DNA from: Deltaproteobacteria bacterium
GTDB taxonomy: Bacteria; Myxococcota; Kuafuiibacteriia; Kuafuiibacteriales; Kuafuiibacteriaceae
DNA length: 64,000 nucleotides
Assembly: GCA_040218735.1 (NCBI GenBank)
Contig: JAVJQW010000007.1
Coordinates: forward strand, 96,001-160,000
Direction: 5' to 3'
Part shown: piece after piece, positions 28,815 to 41,039 of the stretch
Layout of the letters: each line of letters begins with the position of its first letter
Position numbering within the stretch: the first letter of the stretch is position 1
Notes under the pieces: generated by a model
Told to the model about the DNA's origin: nothing
Seen by the model: only the letters and a program-made list of their open reading frames with translations
Database searches by the model: none
Position numbers and translations under genes: made by a program

Positions 28815-31739
28815 ATGGCTTCGATGAGTGACGGCGCATCCTGGTATCACGACGTCCACGACCTGATCCCCTTCCGCGTTCGGGAGGTGCTCCTCGTCGC
28901 CTCCCCTTACGACGCGTTCACGCTCGAAGAGGACGCTGGCATCGCGGACCAGCTCCTCGAGCGCTACTCCGAGCTCCGACTCACCGCTTCCCCCCGCATC
29001 ACGTTCGTCGCGAGCGGGGCGCACGCGCTCGCGTTGATCGAGCAGCGGTCGTTCGACCTCGTCATCACCATGTCGCGCATCGGCGACGTGGAGGCGTGGT
29101 CGCTCGGACGGCGTATCAAGGCGATGGACCCCGAGCTCCCCGTGGTCCTGCTCGGGTTCCGCGAAGCCGAGTTCATGCGGATGCGCGAGGACGCCGACAT
29201 CTTCGACGGCGTGTTCGTCTGGACCGGCGACGCCGCGATCGTCCTCGCGATCATCAAGCTCGTCGAAGACGCGAAGAACGTCGCGCACGACACCGAGGCC
29301 GGGGCGGTGAGTGTCATCCTCGTCGTCGAGGACTCGGTGCGGCGCTACTCGTCGTTCCTGATGCTCTTCTACGAGGAGCTCCTCAAGCAGTCCGCGTCGC
29401 TCGTCGAGGAGGGCCTCAACCGTCGCCACAAGGTGATGCGCATGCGCGGGCGGCCGAAGATCCTCCTCGCGACCAGCTACGAGGACGCCGTCGAGTGCAT
29501 CGACCGCTACGCCGACCACCTCCTCGCGCTCGTCAGCGACGTGCGCTACAGCCGCGAAGGCGAGGAGGACTCGGAGGCCGGCTACCGCCTCGTCGAGTAC
29601 GCACGCGCGCGGATCTCGGAGCTCCCGGTGCTCCTGCAGTCGGCGGAGCGCGACGTCCAGGCCCGCGCGGAGGCGCTCGAGGCGTCCTGGGCCGACAAGA
29701 ACTCCACGGAGCTGTTGCGGCGCGTGTCGCAGTTCTTCCGCGAGTCGTTGGGGTTCGGGCCGTTCGTCTTTCGGCTCCCCGACCGCACGATCGTCGGGCA
29801 GGCGGCGAACGTCTACGAGATGGAGCAAGCGCTGTTGACGGCGCCCGAGGCGTCCATCGAGTTCCACGCGGCGCACCACCACTTCTCGCGCTGGTTACGT
29901 GCGCGCAACATGCTCCAGCTCGCGCGCCGCGTGCGCCCCGTGTCGATCGAATCGAGCGGCGGCGTCGACGCCTTTCGGCGTGACCTCCGCGAGATGCTGC
30001 GCGACGCGTACGCCGAGGAGAGCGCAGCGCTGATCACGGACTACTCCGAGCGCGAGGCGTGGTTCGACTCGCCCTTCCTGCGGCTCGGGAGCGGATCCAT
30101 CGGCGGCAAGGCGCGCGGCGTCGCGTTCCTCAACGCGTTGATCAAACGGCGCGGACTCTCGGAGCGCTTCGACGGGCTGCGCATTCGCACGCCGCGGACA
30201 ATCGCGATCGGGACCGACGTGTTCGATCGATTCATGGAGTCGAACGCGCTGTACCCGGTCGTCGCGGAGGCGTCGCAGTCGCAGATCGTGGAGCGCTTCC
30301 TTCACGGGCAGTTCGACGCGGAGCTGCTGACCGACCTGCGCTCGGTCCTGTCCGAGCTGCGCGGGCCGATCGCGGTGCGTTCGTCGAGCCTGCTCGAGGA
30401 CGCCCAGTTCCAGCCCTTCGCCGGCATCTACGAGACGTGCCTCCTCCCGAACGCCCACCCGAACCCGGCGGTGCGGTTCGAACACTTCCTCGCGGCGATC
30501 AAGCGGGTCTACGCGTCGACGTTCTCGACGAACGCACGCGCGTACCTCGAAGGCACGCCCTACGCGGTCGAGGAGGAGAAGATGGGTGTCGTCATCCAGG
30601 AGGTGGTCGGGCAGCGCTACGGGCCGCGCTTCTACCCGACGATCTCCGGCGTCGGCCTCTCGTACAACTACTACCCGGTCTCGGATCAGCGCGCGGAGGA
30701 GGGCCTCGTCATGCTCGCGCTCGGCCTGGGGCGCGCGGTCGTCTCGGGCGGGCGGGTGCTCCAGTTCTCGCCGAAGTCTCCCGGGCAGCTCCCGCAGTTC
30801 CCGTCGCCGCGCGACGCGCTCGCGCTGTCGCAGAAGAAGTTCTTCGCGATCGACATGGAGCAGACGGAGTTTCAGCCCGACCCCGAGGGCACGTTGGTGG
30901 AGCTGCCCATCGAGGACGCGGAGGCCGACGGGACGCTCGCGCTCGCCGCGAGTGTCTACGACGGCGCCAACGACATCCTCCGCGACAGCTTGCGCGACAA
31001 GGGCCCGCGCGTGATCACGTTCTCGAACCTCCTCAAGTGGAACGCGTTCCCGCTCGCGGAGGCGCTCGACGAGATCCTGAGCGCGACGCGCGACGGGATG
31101 GGCTCGCCGGTGGAGATCGAGTTTGCGGTGGACGTCCCGGAGGGGTGGTCACCGGAGCTCAACCTCCTGCAGGTCCGGCCGCAGGTGACCCACGCCAACA
31201 CCGACGAGGTCGAGACGCTCCCCGAGGAGGGCCTGTGGATTCGGTCCGCGCAGGCGCTCGGCAACGGGGTCGTGCGCGACCTGCGCGACGTCGTCTACGT
31301 ACGTCCCGGCGCGACGGTGGACCGCAACACGTCGCAGATCATCGCGGACCGCGTCGGCGCCCTCAATCGCGAGCTGTCCGAGCGCGGCTACGTCCTGGTG
31401 GGGCCCGGGCGGTGGGGGACCTCGGACACGAGCCTCGGCGTCGCGGTCGCGTGGGGGCAGATCTCGAACGCCAAGGTCATCGTCGAGACGCCGTTCGACG
31501 ATCGCTCCGTCGAGCCGTCGCAGGGGAGCCACTTCTTCCACAACATCGCGTCGCTCGGGATCGGCTACATCACGGTCGCCCGCCTCGACGACACCGCGCT
31601 GTACGACGTCGACTGGCTCGAAGCGCAGCCGGCCGTATACGAGGACGAGTACCTGCGCCACGTCGCGCTCGAAGGATCGTGCACCGCCTACCTCGACGGT
31701 AGACACTCGCGCGCAGCCGTGACGAAACACGACGCATGA
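28815..31739 (+). CDS. Receiver-like domains fused to a PEP/pyruvate-binding (PPDK_N, ATP-grasp) domain
   Basis: EVLLVASPYDAFTLEEDA, ILVVEDSVRRYS, GSIGGKARG, IAVRSSSLLED, EEKMGVVIQEVVG, GPGRWG, PSQGSHFFHN. Confidence 0.85.
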   Translation: MASMSDGASWYHDVHDLIPFRVREVLLVASPYDAFTLEEDAGIADQLLERYSELRLTASPRITFVASGAHALALIEQRSFDLVITMSRIGDVEAWSLGRRIKAMDPELPVVLLGFREAEFMRMREDADIFDGVFVWTGDAAIVLAIIKLVEDAKNVAHDTEAGAVSVILVVEDSVRRYSSFLMLFYEELLKQSASLVEEGLNRRHKVMRMRGRPKILLATSYEDAVECIDRYADHLLALVSDVRYSREGEEDSEAGYRLVEYARARISELPVLLQSAERDVQARAEALEASWADKNSTELLRRVSQFFRESLGFGPFVFRLPDRTIVGQAANVYEMEQALLTAPEASIEFHAAHHHFSRWLRARNMLQLARRVRPVSIESSGGVDAFRRDLREMLRDAYAEESAALITDYSEREAWFDSPFLRLGSGSIGGKARGVAFLNALIKRRGLSERFDGLRIRTPRTIAIGTDVFDRFMESNALYPVVAEASQSQIVERFLHGQFDAELLTDLRSVLSELRGPIAVRSSSLLEDAQFQPFAGIYETCLLPNAHPNPAVRFEHFLAAIKRVYASTFSTNARAYLEGTPYAVEEEKMGVVIQEVVGQRYGPRFYPTISGVGLSYNYYPVSDQRAEEGLVMLALGLGRAVVSGGRVLQFSPKSPGQLPQFPSPRDALALSQKKFFAIDMEQTEFQPDPEGTLVELPIEDAEADGTLALAASVYDGANDILRDSLRDKGPRVITFSNLLKWNAFPLAEALDEILSATRDGMGSPVEIEFAVDVPEGWSPELNLLQVRPQVTHANTDEVETLPEEGLWIRSAQALGNGVVRDLRDVVYVRPGATVDRNTSQIIADRVGALNRELSERGYVLVGPGRWGTSDTSLGVAVAWGQISNAKVIVETPFDDRSVEPSQGSHFFHNIASLGIGYITVARLDDTALYDVDWLEAQPAVYEDEYLRHVALEGSCTAYLDGRHSRAAVTKHDA

Positions 31740-33814
31740 CCAAGACGCTCGGGGAGAAGCTCGCGCGCCGCTGGCGCGATCCGAGCGCCGTCCTCTTCGA
31801 CGAGCTGTCGCCGTCCACCCGACGCGCGCGCGCGCTGTACTGGCTCGCGCAGGGCCGGCGTCGCTCCGGGGACGAACGCGCCGAAGCGTACCGACGCGCC
31901 GAGGCGGCGGACCCGACGTACGCCCGGCCCGCGACCTTCCTCGGGTACCACCTCCTGAAGTCGAACCCGCGCGAGGCCGCGGCGGCGTTCACGCGTTCGC
32001 TTCAGTGGACGCCGACGGAGAGCGCGCGCCTCGGGCTGGCGCGGGCCCTGTGCGCGCTGGGGGAGATCGAAGAGTTGACGCGGGTCGTGGACGAAGCGGT
32101 CGCGCACCGCGAGGCGTCCGCGGCGTTCGTCGCGCTGCTCGTCGAGGTGGTCGACGACGACGTCCTCCGCGCGCGCTACGAGACACTCACGCGTTACTTC
32201 GAAGACGGCGACGCAGCCTCCGTGCAACTCCTCTTGCGGATCGCTTCGCGCCTCGACGACGCCGCCGGGGCCAAGCGACACGCCGCGCGGCTGCGGGCGA
32301 TGGGCGCCGACGGTCATTCGCTCCGCGAGCTGGTCGTCGAGCTCGCCGACGCGGAGGAGACGACCCTCGTCGTCGACAACCTCGCGGGGTACTGGCGCTC
32401 GCGCGAGAAGAAGCCGCGGGCCCCGCGGGGCGAGGCGTCCGCGGGGGAGGCGATCGACGTCATCGCGCACCTCGGTGCGATCGAACGCACGTACCCCGTC
32501 GACCGCTGGACGATCGACGGCGTGCACGTGTGGCCGATGATCCGCGGGGCGATCGGTTTCGGACGCCTGGCCGCCGCGCGCGGGCAGGCCACCTTCGACC
32601 GCGAGGCCAAGACCGCGTGGCGCCGGCGCATCGGTGATCTCCGCGGGCTCACACCGCGCGAGCTCGCACCGGCCGACGTCGTGTTCTTCGGCACCGCGAG
32701 CCAGCGCGTCGAGGTCGACGACGTGTGGATGGATCAGCTCTTCGATCCCCTCGTCGATGTCCTCGAAGCGCGCGGCGCGACGAGTGTGCACTTCGAGTAT
32801 CGGTCCGACGGACAGCGCTACCGCACCCCGCAGCTGCGGCCCTCGCTCCGCATCCGTCCGCACCTGGAGGGCCTCGTGAAGAGCGCGCCGCGCGGCCCGA
32901 CGTGGGACGTGTCGATGGAGGGCTTCGAAGCGCTCGCGGCCGACGAGCCCGCCGCGCGCAACGTCGCGTTCTACGCGCTGAAGGTGCACCAGCTCCTCCG
33001 AATCGCCGACGTCTTCGAGCGCTACCTCGTGCGCCTGAAGCCGCGCTGCGTGGTCATCAACTGCTACTTCGGTACGCTCGGGTGGTCGTTGCTGCTCGCG
33101 GCGCGGCGTCTATCGATCCCCACCGTGGACCTCCAACACGGTGTGACGAGCGGGCACCCGATGTACGAAGGCCTGACCCGCCACCCGCCGCGCGGTTACC
33201 AGCTCCTGCCCGACACCTTCTGGAGCTGGTCCGAGGAAGATCGCGATCGCATCACCGCGTGGGGCGGACGCGCCGTTACGGGCGGACACCCGTGGGTCAC
33301 GTTCTGCACCGACCAACCCACGCCCGACGCGCTCCCGCGCGGTGACTTCAACGTGCTGCTGTCGCTCAACTGGGCTTCGGGGTTCGACCGACGACTGGAG
33401 GCGCTGATCCAGAACAGCCCCCCGGAGTGGACGTGGTGGGTTCGCCTCCACCCCAAGATGCTCGATCAGCTCGACGAGATCCGTTTGCGTTGCGGCGGCC
33501 ACCCGCGAGTGTTCGTCGAGGTGCCGACGCAGCTCCCGCTGCCGGTCGTCCTGCGCGCCGCCGACGTGCACCTCACGCTGTCGTCGACCGTCACGCAGGA
33601 GGCCGCGCGCCTCGGCGTGCCCACCGTGACGCTCGACGCTCGCACGAAGCTCATCTACGCCGCGGAGATGAACGCGGGCTGGGCGCGTTACGCCGACGAT
33701 GACGTGATCGCCGCCATCCGTGCACAGGTCGCGGCGGCGAAGGGGCGGACGCCGATGCGGCCGTACCCGGGGCGCGACGCGATGTCCGACGCGTTCGACA
33801 TCTTGCTTCCCTGA
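31736..33814 (+). CDS. TPR-like N-terminus fused to a GT-B-like capsule/surface-polysaccharide biosynthesis domain
   Basis: Helical N-terminal half; TVDLQHG, LPDTFWSW, GHPW, VRLHP, SSTVTQEAARLGVP. Confidence 0.6.
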   Translation: MTKTLGEKLARRWRDPSAVLFDELSPSTRRARALYWLAQGRRRSGDERAEAYRRAEAADPTYARPATFLGYHLLKSNPREAAAAFTRSLQWTPTESARLGLARALCALGEIEELTRVVDEAVAHREASAAFVALLVEVVDDDVLRARYETLTRYFEDGDAASVQLLLRIASRLDDAAGAKRHAARLRAMGADGHSLRELVVELADAEETTLVVDNLAGYWRSREKKPRAPRGEASAGEAIDVIAHLGAIERTYPVDRWTIDGVHVWPMIRGAIGFGRLAAARGQATFDREAKTAWRRRIGDLRGLTPRELAPADVVFFGTASQRVEVDDVWMDQLFDPLVDVLEARGATSVHFEYRSDGQRYRTPQLRPSLRIRPHLEGLVKSAPRGPTWDVSMEGFEALAADEPAARNVAFYALKVHQLLRIADVFERYLVRLKPRCVVINCYFGTLGWSLLLAARRLSIPTVDLQHGVTSGHPMYEGLTRHPPRGYQLLPDTFWSWSEEDRDRITAWGGRAVTGGHPWVTFCTDQPTPDALPRGDFNVLLSLNWASGFDRRLEALIQNSPPEWTWWVRLHPKMLDQLDEIRLRCGGHPRVFVEVPTQLPLPVVLRAADVHLTLSSTVTQEAARLGVPTVTLDARTKLIYAAEMNAGWARYADDDVIAAIRAQVAAAKGRTPMRPYPGRDAMSDAFDILLP

Positions 33815-33835
33815 TGTTACCGCCTGCGGCGCGTC

Positions 33836-35533
33836 GTGGGTGAGCACTGGGCACGTCCGCGCATCCCCGGCGGAGCGCGTGTTCGCTACGTCGGTGCGTC
33901 GTCACCCGACGCGACCTGGACGGCGGAGGATCCGCAGTACGTCGTCGCGGATGTGGAGGTCGTCGACGACGTCGACACGATCGAGGTCCCCGCGGGTGCG
34001 ACGCTCGTGCTCACCGTCGCGCGCGGCGCCGCGTACGATCTCTTGGAGCGCCTGGCCGGCGCCTACGATCTCGAGTTCTTCGAGCGCCACGGCGACATGC
34101 TCCACTACGTCGGCGTTCGCGAGGCGCGCCCGACCAAGAGCCCGCTCGAAGTCGTCCAGAAGGCGCTCGCGTTCCAGCGCAAACAGGTCGCCGCGCTGCG
34201 CGTCGAGCTCGAGCTCGCGAAGCAGCAGTACGTCGACACGCGCCGCTCGAAGACCTACCGCCTCGGGTGGGCGTTCGAGATGGCGACCAAGAACCCGCGT
34301 GACGCGCTGAAGCTCCCGCTGCGGATCAAGAACCTCGACGTCCCGTACGAGCCGCCTCCGCCTCCGCCGCCGCACCCGCGGGCGGCGCAGCTCTCGGGCG
34401 CGCTGGAGCGCTTCGTCGAACACGCACGCACCGCGCCGGGGGAGGAGGTCGTCTTCCTCTTCTCGGGCACGACGTTCATCCAGCCGCGCCGCGCGAACCG
34501 GCCGATTCGACTCGCGCGCATGATGCTCGAGCGCGGGATCTTCACGCTCTTCAGCTACCACGGGACGTTGGCCGAAGATCCGCGCCCTGCGTACCAACAC
34601 GACCGGCTCCTCGAGATCCCGGTGCAGTTCACGCAACAGGTCATCGCCGACATCGCGCGCGCGGACTTCGGCGACAAACGGAAGATCCTGTTCGTCAGTT
34701 ATCCGCACGAGCTGGTCGCGTACCGGCTGAACCTCTTCAACACGCAGGGGTGGGCGTCGATCTACGACTGCCGCGACGACTGGGAGGCGTTCCACGAGGT
34801 CGGGCAGGCGGCGTGGTATCGGCCCGAGGTCGAACGTTACGTCGTCAACAACGTGGATCAGACCTACTGCGTCTCGCGTCCGCTCGCCGCGAAGATGGCG
34901 TCCCTCTCCTTCGAGCGCCCGGTCGGCGTCTCCCCGAACGCGTACGACTCGGCGTTCCTCGCCGCAGACTACGAACGCACGCCGACCGACGAGGTCGTGA
35001 TCGGCTACTTCGGTCACCTCTCGGCGGCGTGGTTCGACTGGGCGGGCCTCGCGAAGATCGCCGCCGCGCGCCCGTCGTGGCGGTTCGAGATCATCGGTCA
35101 CCTCGGCCCCGCGGATCCGGACGTACCGCCGAACGTGCACCTGCTCGGCTCGAAGACCCACTCGGAGATCTGCCGCATCGCGCGGCGGTGGCGCGTGGGC
35201 ATCATCCCGTTCTCGATCGGCCCGGTCGCGGAGGCCGTGGACCCGATCAAGATCTACGAGTACTTCGCGCTGGGGTTGCCGGTCGTCTCGTTCCGGATGC
35301 CGCAGATCGACGACTACCCGCACACCCGCACGGTCGAGTCCGTCCCGGAGTTCGTACGTGCGCTCGACGCCGCCGTCGAAGAGCCCGTCGACGCCGAGCG
35401 GCTCGCGAAGTTCATCGCCGACAACACGTGGGCGCATCGCCTCGACCAGCTGATGGGCCGCGCGCGTGAAGTGCTCGCGGCGCCGCCGTTCGAGAAGCAG
35501 CTCCACGCGAAGGGGGCGTCGTGCGAATCCTGA
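33836..35533 (+). CDS. Glycosyltransferase with N-terminal coiled-coil region
   Basis: IYDCRDDW, VIGYFG, GIIPF, VDPIKIYEYFALGLPVVS, NTWAHR. Confidence 0.82.
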   Translation: MGEHWARPRIPGGARVRYVGASSPDATWTAEDPQYVVADVEVVDDVDTIEVPAGATLVLTVARGAAYDLLERLAGAYDLEFFERHGDMLHYVGVREARPTKSPLEVVQKALAFQRKQVAALRVELELAKQQYVDTRRSKTYRLGWAFEMATKNPRDALKLPLRIKNLDVPYEPPPPPPPHPRAAQLSGALERFVEHARTAPGEEVVFLFSGTTFIQPRRANRPIRLARMMLERGIFTLFSYHGTLAEDPRPAYQHDRLLEIPVQFTQQVIADIARADFGDKRKILFVSYPHELVAYRLNLFNTQGWASIYDCRDDWEAFHEVGQAAWYRPEVERYVVNNVDQTYCVSRPLAAKMASLSFERPVGVSPNAYDSAFLAADYERTPTDEVVIGYFGHLSAAWFDWAGLAKIAAARPSWRFEIIGHLGPADPDVPPNVHLLGSKTHSEICRIARRWRVGIIPFSIGPVAEAVDPIKIYEYFALGLPVVSFRMPQIDDYPHTRTVESVPEFVRALDAAVEEPVDAERLAKFIADNTWAHRLDQLMGRAREVLAAPPFEKQLHAKGASCES

Positions 35534-36552
35534 TCGGCTACCGGTACGGCGTCGTCGGGGGCGTCTGCACGCAGCTCTTCAACCGGATGAAACACGTCGC
35601 CGACCTCGACGGCGTGGACGTGACGTTCTTCTTCGTACGCGACTACGGCGCGCAGGCGATGCTCGAGCCGTACGGGCGCGTCGTCGTCGGCGACCCCGAC
35701 GTCATGAAGTCGCTCCTGGTGCGCGAGCGGTTCGACGTCGTCGACATCATCGACACCCCCGAGCTCCTGGACGTCGCGCTCGCCGTGGATCCGAGCCGCG
35801 TCGTCGTCGAGGTCCACACGACCTACGAAGTCGCGCTCGAGTACCTCCGCGAATGCGCCGCGCGTCGGTTCATCGTCCCGTCGCAGTACTCCCGTCGACT
35901 GCTCGTCGAAGACTTCGGGGTGCCGGAGTCGAACGTCGAGGTCGTCTCGAACTGCATCGACGCCTCGTTGTTCACGGTCGAAGCCGCTCCCCTCGATCGC
36001 AAGATCGTCTCGTGGGTCGGCAAACTCGACGAACACAAGAACTGGCCCGCCTTCGTCGAGCTCGCAGGCCTGGTTGCGGCCGGGGAGCGCGACGTCGAGT
36101 TCTGGATGATCGGCGGCGAGGGCTCTTCGGAGCTCGCGAAGGCTGCGCTCCTGGAGATGGTCAGCGGCTACGGGCTCGACGGCCGGCTCCGGTGGTTCTC
36201 ACACCTCGACTACGCCGCGATGCCGAAGCTCCACGCCGCGGTCGGCGCGAGCGGCGGCGTCAACGTCGTGACCTCGCGGGATGAATCGTTCGGCATGAGC
36301 GTCGCCGAGGCCCTCCTCGCCGGCTGCCCCGTCGTTGCGCCGCGGGTCGGCGCGCTGCCCGAGCTGTGGGACGGGCCGGCGCTGCGCTTCAACGAAGCCA
36401 ACGACCAAGCCGCCGCCGGGCGTTCGATCCGGCGCGCGCTCCGCGACGACGGCGCCGCGCGTCGCGCGCTCCTCGAAGCGCGCTCCACGCTCGCCGAGCG
36501 CTGGGCGCCGTCCCGCGCGGGCGAGGCGTGGCTCGCCGCGCTCAGAACGTGA
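35521..36552 (+). CDS. Glycosyltransferase family 4
   Basis: WVGKLDEHKN, ESFGMSVAEALLAGCPVV. Confidence 0.85.
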   Translation: MRILIGYRYGVVGGVCTQLFNRMKHVADLDGVDVTFFFVRDYGAQAMLEPYGRVVVGDPDVMKSLLVRERFDVVDIIDTPELLDVALAVDPSRVVVEVHTTYEVALEYLRECAARRFIVPSQYSRRLLVEDFGVPESNVEVVSNCIDASLFTVEAAPLDRKIVSWVGKLDEHKNWPAFVELAGLVAAGERDVEFWMIGGEGSSELAKAALLEMVSGYGLDGRLRWFSHLDYAAMPKLHAAVGASGGVNVVTSRDESFGMSVAEALLAGCPVVAPRVGALPELWDGPALRFNEANDQAAAGRSIRRALRDDGAARRALLEARSTLAERWAPSRAGEAWLAALRT

Positions 36553-37663
36553 GCGTCGACGTCCCGGTGATCAGCGCCTGCATCTTCTCCGCGACGAGGT
36601 CGTTCCCCGCGCGTGAGAAGTGACCGCGACCATCCACGAACAGCGTCGCCGACTTCTTCGGATCGGTGCGGGCGATGCGGTGGAACGTGGGGTGTGTGTC
36701 GAACTTCAGCATCCCGGCGGCGGCGCCGCAATCCAGCATGCGGTGCGTCGGGTCGAGGTACTCGTTGGTGGTGGGGGCCTGCGTAGCGGGACGGCTGTAC
36801 GCCGACGTGATGATCCCGCGGATGCCGCGCGCCTTCAGCTTCTCGGCGAGGCGCTGAATGAGCATGCACCCGATCTTCTGTGCCTTCTCCCCGTCGTTGT
36901 ACGCGTAGTGCTCGGGGAAGTCGCCGATGTACCACTCCTTGGCGCGGTTCAGGCGGCGGTAGGTCCAGTCGACGAGGTAGCTGTAGCCGAACACCTTGCG
37001 CCCGAGGCCGACGTCTTCGATCGACGGTCGCGTCGGGGAGACGGGGACGTTGGTCAGCACGAGTTTGCCGTCGACGAGATCGAACAGTGGCTTCTCGACG
37101 CCGGTGCGGATCCGAAGCATCTGCCGCCACACGTCCTCCGGGACGATCATGAGGATCACCCACGCGGGATCGTGTTTCTCGAGCATCCGCTCGCCGCGCA
37201 GCACCGCCTGGTCGATGCCGTACCCGAACACCCCCGCGTTGAGGACGCGTTGGTTCAGCCGCGCTTCGAGGCGGGCGGGCATCGAGTCTTCGTCGTCGAC
37301 CTCGTCACCGAACATGAACGAGTCACCGAGCGTGATGATCGGCGGCCCCGGGAACTCACCGGGATTCGTGACGCGCAGGCCGTCGTCGTCGATCGTGACC
37401 TTCTTGTTCCACTGGTTGCGCGAGCTCGAAAAACCCGGCGTGGGGATCCAGCCCAGCTCCGGGTCGTAGGACGCGGGGAACGCGCTCTGGAAGAGGAGCA
37501 GCTTCGACAGCGCGAAGTTCTTGAACGCGAAGGTGTCGACCTCGTCGGAGAGCGCGCGCGCGCCGAGCTCCGCCGCGAGCAGGAAGAAAACGATGCTCGC
37601 GAGGACGAGCCCGATCTTCTCGAACACGTCGCGTATCCGCGACTTCTTCTTCGGCTCGGTCAT
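36542..37663 (-). CDS. SGNH/GDSL-family membrane-anchored hydrolase or acyltransferase
   Basis: N-terminal TM; YDPELGW; LGDSFMFG; NAGVFGYGIDQ; DGRGHFS. Confidence 0.85.
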   Translation of the reverse strand: MTEPKKKSRIRDVFEKIGLVLASIVFFLLAAELGARALSDEVDTFAFKNFALSKLLLFQSAFPASYDPELGWIPTPGFSSSRNQWNKKVTIDDDGLRVTNPGEFPGPPIITLGDSFMFGDEVDDEDSMPARLEARLNQRVLNAGVFGYGIDQAVLRGERMLEKHDPAWVILMIVPEDVWRQMLRIRTGVEKPLFDLVDGKLVLTNVPVSPTRPSIEDVGLGRKVFGYSYLVDWTYRRLNRAKEWYIGDFPEHYAYNDGEKAQKIGCMLIQRLAEKLKARGIRGIITSAYSRPATQAPTTNEYLDPTHRMLDCGAAAGMLKFDTHPTFHRIARTDPKKSATLFVDGRGHFSRAGNDLVAEKMQALITGTSTLTF

Positions 37664-37667
37664 CCGA

Positions 37668-38499
37668 TCAGAAGCGGCCGACGACGCCGAGCTGCGCCCC
37701 GCCGCGGGTCGGCGCGATGGAGACCGTCGCGGTCGGCTCGTCGGCGGTGTCGATCAGCAGCCACGTGATGCCACCCGCCGCCGACACGACCCCGGCTGCG
37801 ACCAAGAGTCCAGAGATGACGCGCTTCGTGTTGATCGACTGCAGCTCCGAATCCAGCTCGGCGGGGCCGATGCCCACGATGCGCCCCTGGTTGTTTCGCA
37901 TCGCCAAGCGCTCGTCGACGCTCGCGAGCTCCCCCGACGCGACGAACCACAACACGGCCCCCGCCGCGAGCACGCCCGCGCCCGCGCCGAACAGGACGTA
38001 GCCGCCGACGGGCGCGGCGTGGGTCTCGTCGACGGTGACGCGTGCGGTGTTGTTGTTGCGGGGTGCGGACGCCGCTGCCTCCGCCGCGATGCGCGCCGCC
38101 TCGGCTTCCTCGCGTGCGCGCTCGGCGGCGGCGCGGAGGTCTTCGGCGGTCTCGCGCATCTTGGCGTTCTTCTTGCGCTCGCCGATCGTCGCGAGGTGCG
38201 CCTTGGCTTCGTTGCGTTCGTCGACGCTCAAGCCGGGGAGGTCGAGGTACCGGCGCCATAGCGGTTCGGCGGCGTCGATGTCGTCGGCCTCCTGGTACGA
38301 CTTCGCGGCGTTGCGGAGCTGCGCGGGGCGCTTCGACAGCTCGTACGCTTCGAGGAACAGCGCCGCGGCGCGTTGGTACTCCGCGCGTTTGTAGAGCTTG
38401 ATCGCGCGACGGGTGAGCGCGGCCGCCTGCTTCTTCTTCGCGCGCGCTTGGACCGGTGCGGGGGCGATGGCCACGCAGAACGCGACGAGGACGAACCCG

Positions 38500-38525
<26 letters not shown>
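37668..38525 (-). CDS. Secreted/membrane TPR protein (myxobacterial type)
   Basis: Signal peptide, TPR helices (AIKLYK...YQRAAALF), two hydrophobic segments, C-terminal GGAQLGVVGRF; overlaps the kinase stop. Confidence 0.7.
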
Positions 38526-40020
<1,495 letters not shown>

Positions 40021-40137
40021 CCGCGCGCTGTAGTTGCCCCCCGCAGGCTCCACGCCTTGAGCCTATGTCAGGCAGCGAAAGGTGTCATGATCCACACCTT
40101 TACTTCCCCCTACACGTCGGGAACGCTCCTGCACCCG

Positions 40138-40977
40138 ATGCCCGAGCTGCCCGAAGTCGAACGAGGACGAAAGATCGCGGAGGGCGCTGCGCTCGGTAAA
40201 CGCGTGATCGCCTGCGAAGTCGACGAAAACGACGACATCGTGTTCGACGGCGTCGATCCCCTCGCGGTCGCCGAGCTGCTGAAGGGCGCGCGGGTCACGG
40301 CCGTGCGGCGCCACGGCAAGCAGCTGTGGTTCGAGCTCGACCGTAGGCCATTCGTCCTCTTCCACTTCGGGATGACGGGTGCGTTCGTCGTCCCGAACGT
40401 CGCGCCGCTGGTCCTGGAGTCCACGCCGAAGAAGCAGGACCTGAGCTGGCCGCCGCGCTTCTCGAAGATTCGCATGACCTTCGACGACGGCGCGGAGCTC
40501 GCGATGGTGAACAAACGGCGCCTCGGTCGCATCCGACTACGCGAGCGCCCGGAGGAGGAGTCGCCGATCCGCGAGCTCGGCTTCGACCCGTACCTGGAGC
40601 TCCCGAAGCTCGCCGACTTCCGAGCGCTCCTCGCGCGGCGCAGCGTTACACTGAAAGGATTGCTCCTCGATCAGTCCTTCGCCGCGGGGGTCGGCAACTG
40701 GATCGCCGACGAGGTCCTCTACCAGGCGAAGCTCGATCCGCGCCGCAAGGTCGACGCGCTGTCCGCCGCCGAGCAGAAGGCGCTACACGGCGCGCTGAAG
40801 AAGGTCGTGCACAAGGCCGTCGCCGTGGAGGCCGACAAGACGCGCTTCCCGAAGAACTGGCTGTTCCACCGTCGCTGGGGCAAGGACAAGGACGCGGTGA
40901 CGGTCGCGGGCGATGCGATCGTGCACGCGACGATCGCGGGGCGCACCACGGCGTGGGTGCCCGCGGTGCAGAAGTGA
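40138..40977 (+). CDS. mutM: Fpg/Nei-family DNA glycosylase lacking the Cys4 zinc finger
   Basis: N-terminal MPELPEVE, RHGK, HFGMTG, H2TH LLDQSFAAGVGNWIADEVLY; C-terminus GRTTAWVPAVQK has no Cys. Confidence 0.9.
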   Translation: MPELPEVERGRKIAEGAALGKRVIACEVDENDDIVFDGVDPLAVAELLKGARVTAVRRHGKQLWFELDRRPFVLFHFGMTGAFVVPNVAPLVLESTPKKQDLSWPPRFSKIRMTFDDGAELAMVNKRRLGRIRLRERPEEESPIRELGFDPYLELPKLADFRALLARRSVTLKGLLLDQSFAAGVGNWIADEVLYQAKLDPRRKVDALSAAEQKALHGALKKVVHKAVAVEADKTRFPKNWLFHRRWGKDKDAVTVAGDAIVHATIAGRTTAWVPAVQK

Positions 40978-41039
40978 CCGAGGGCGCGTGAGACCCGGCA
41001 CGCTGGACTAAGTCTCGCGAGTGCGTTTGTTGGACGGTC

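Noticed and set aside
28815-31739. Bona fide PEP synthase / PPDK
   Set aside because: Lacks the C-terminal pyruvate-binding TIM barrel and has N-terminal receiver-like domains instead
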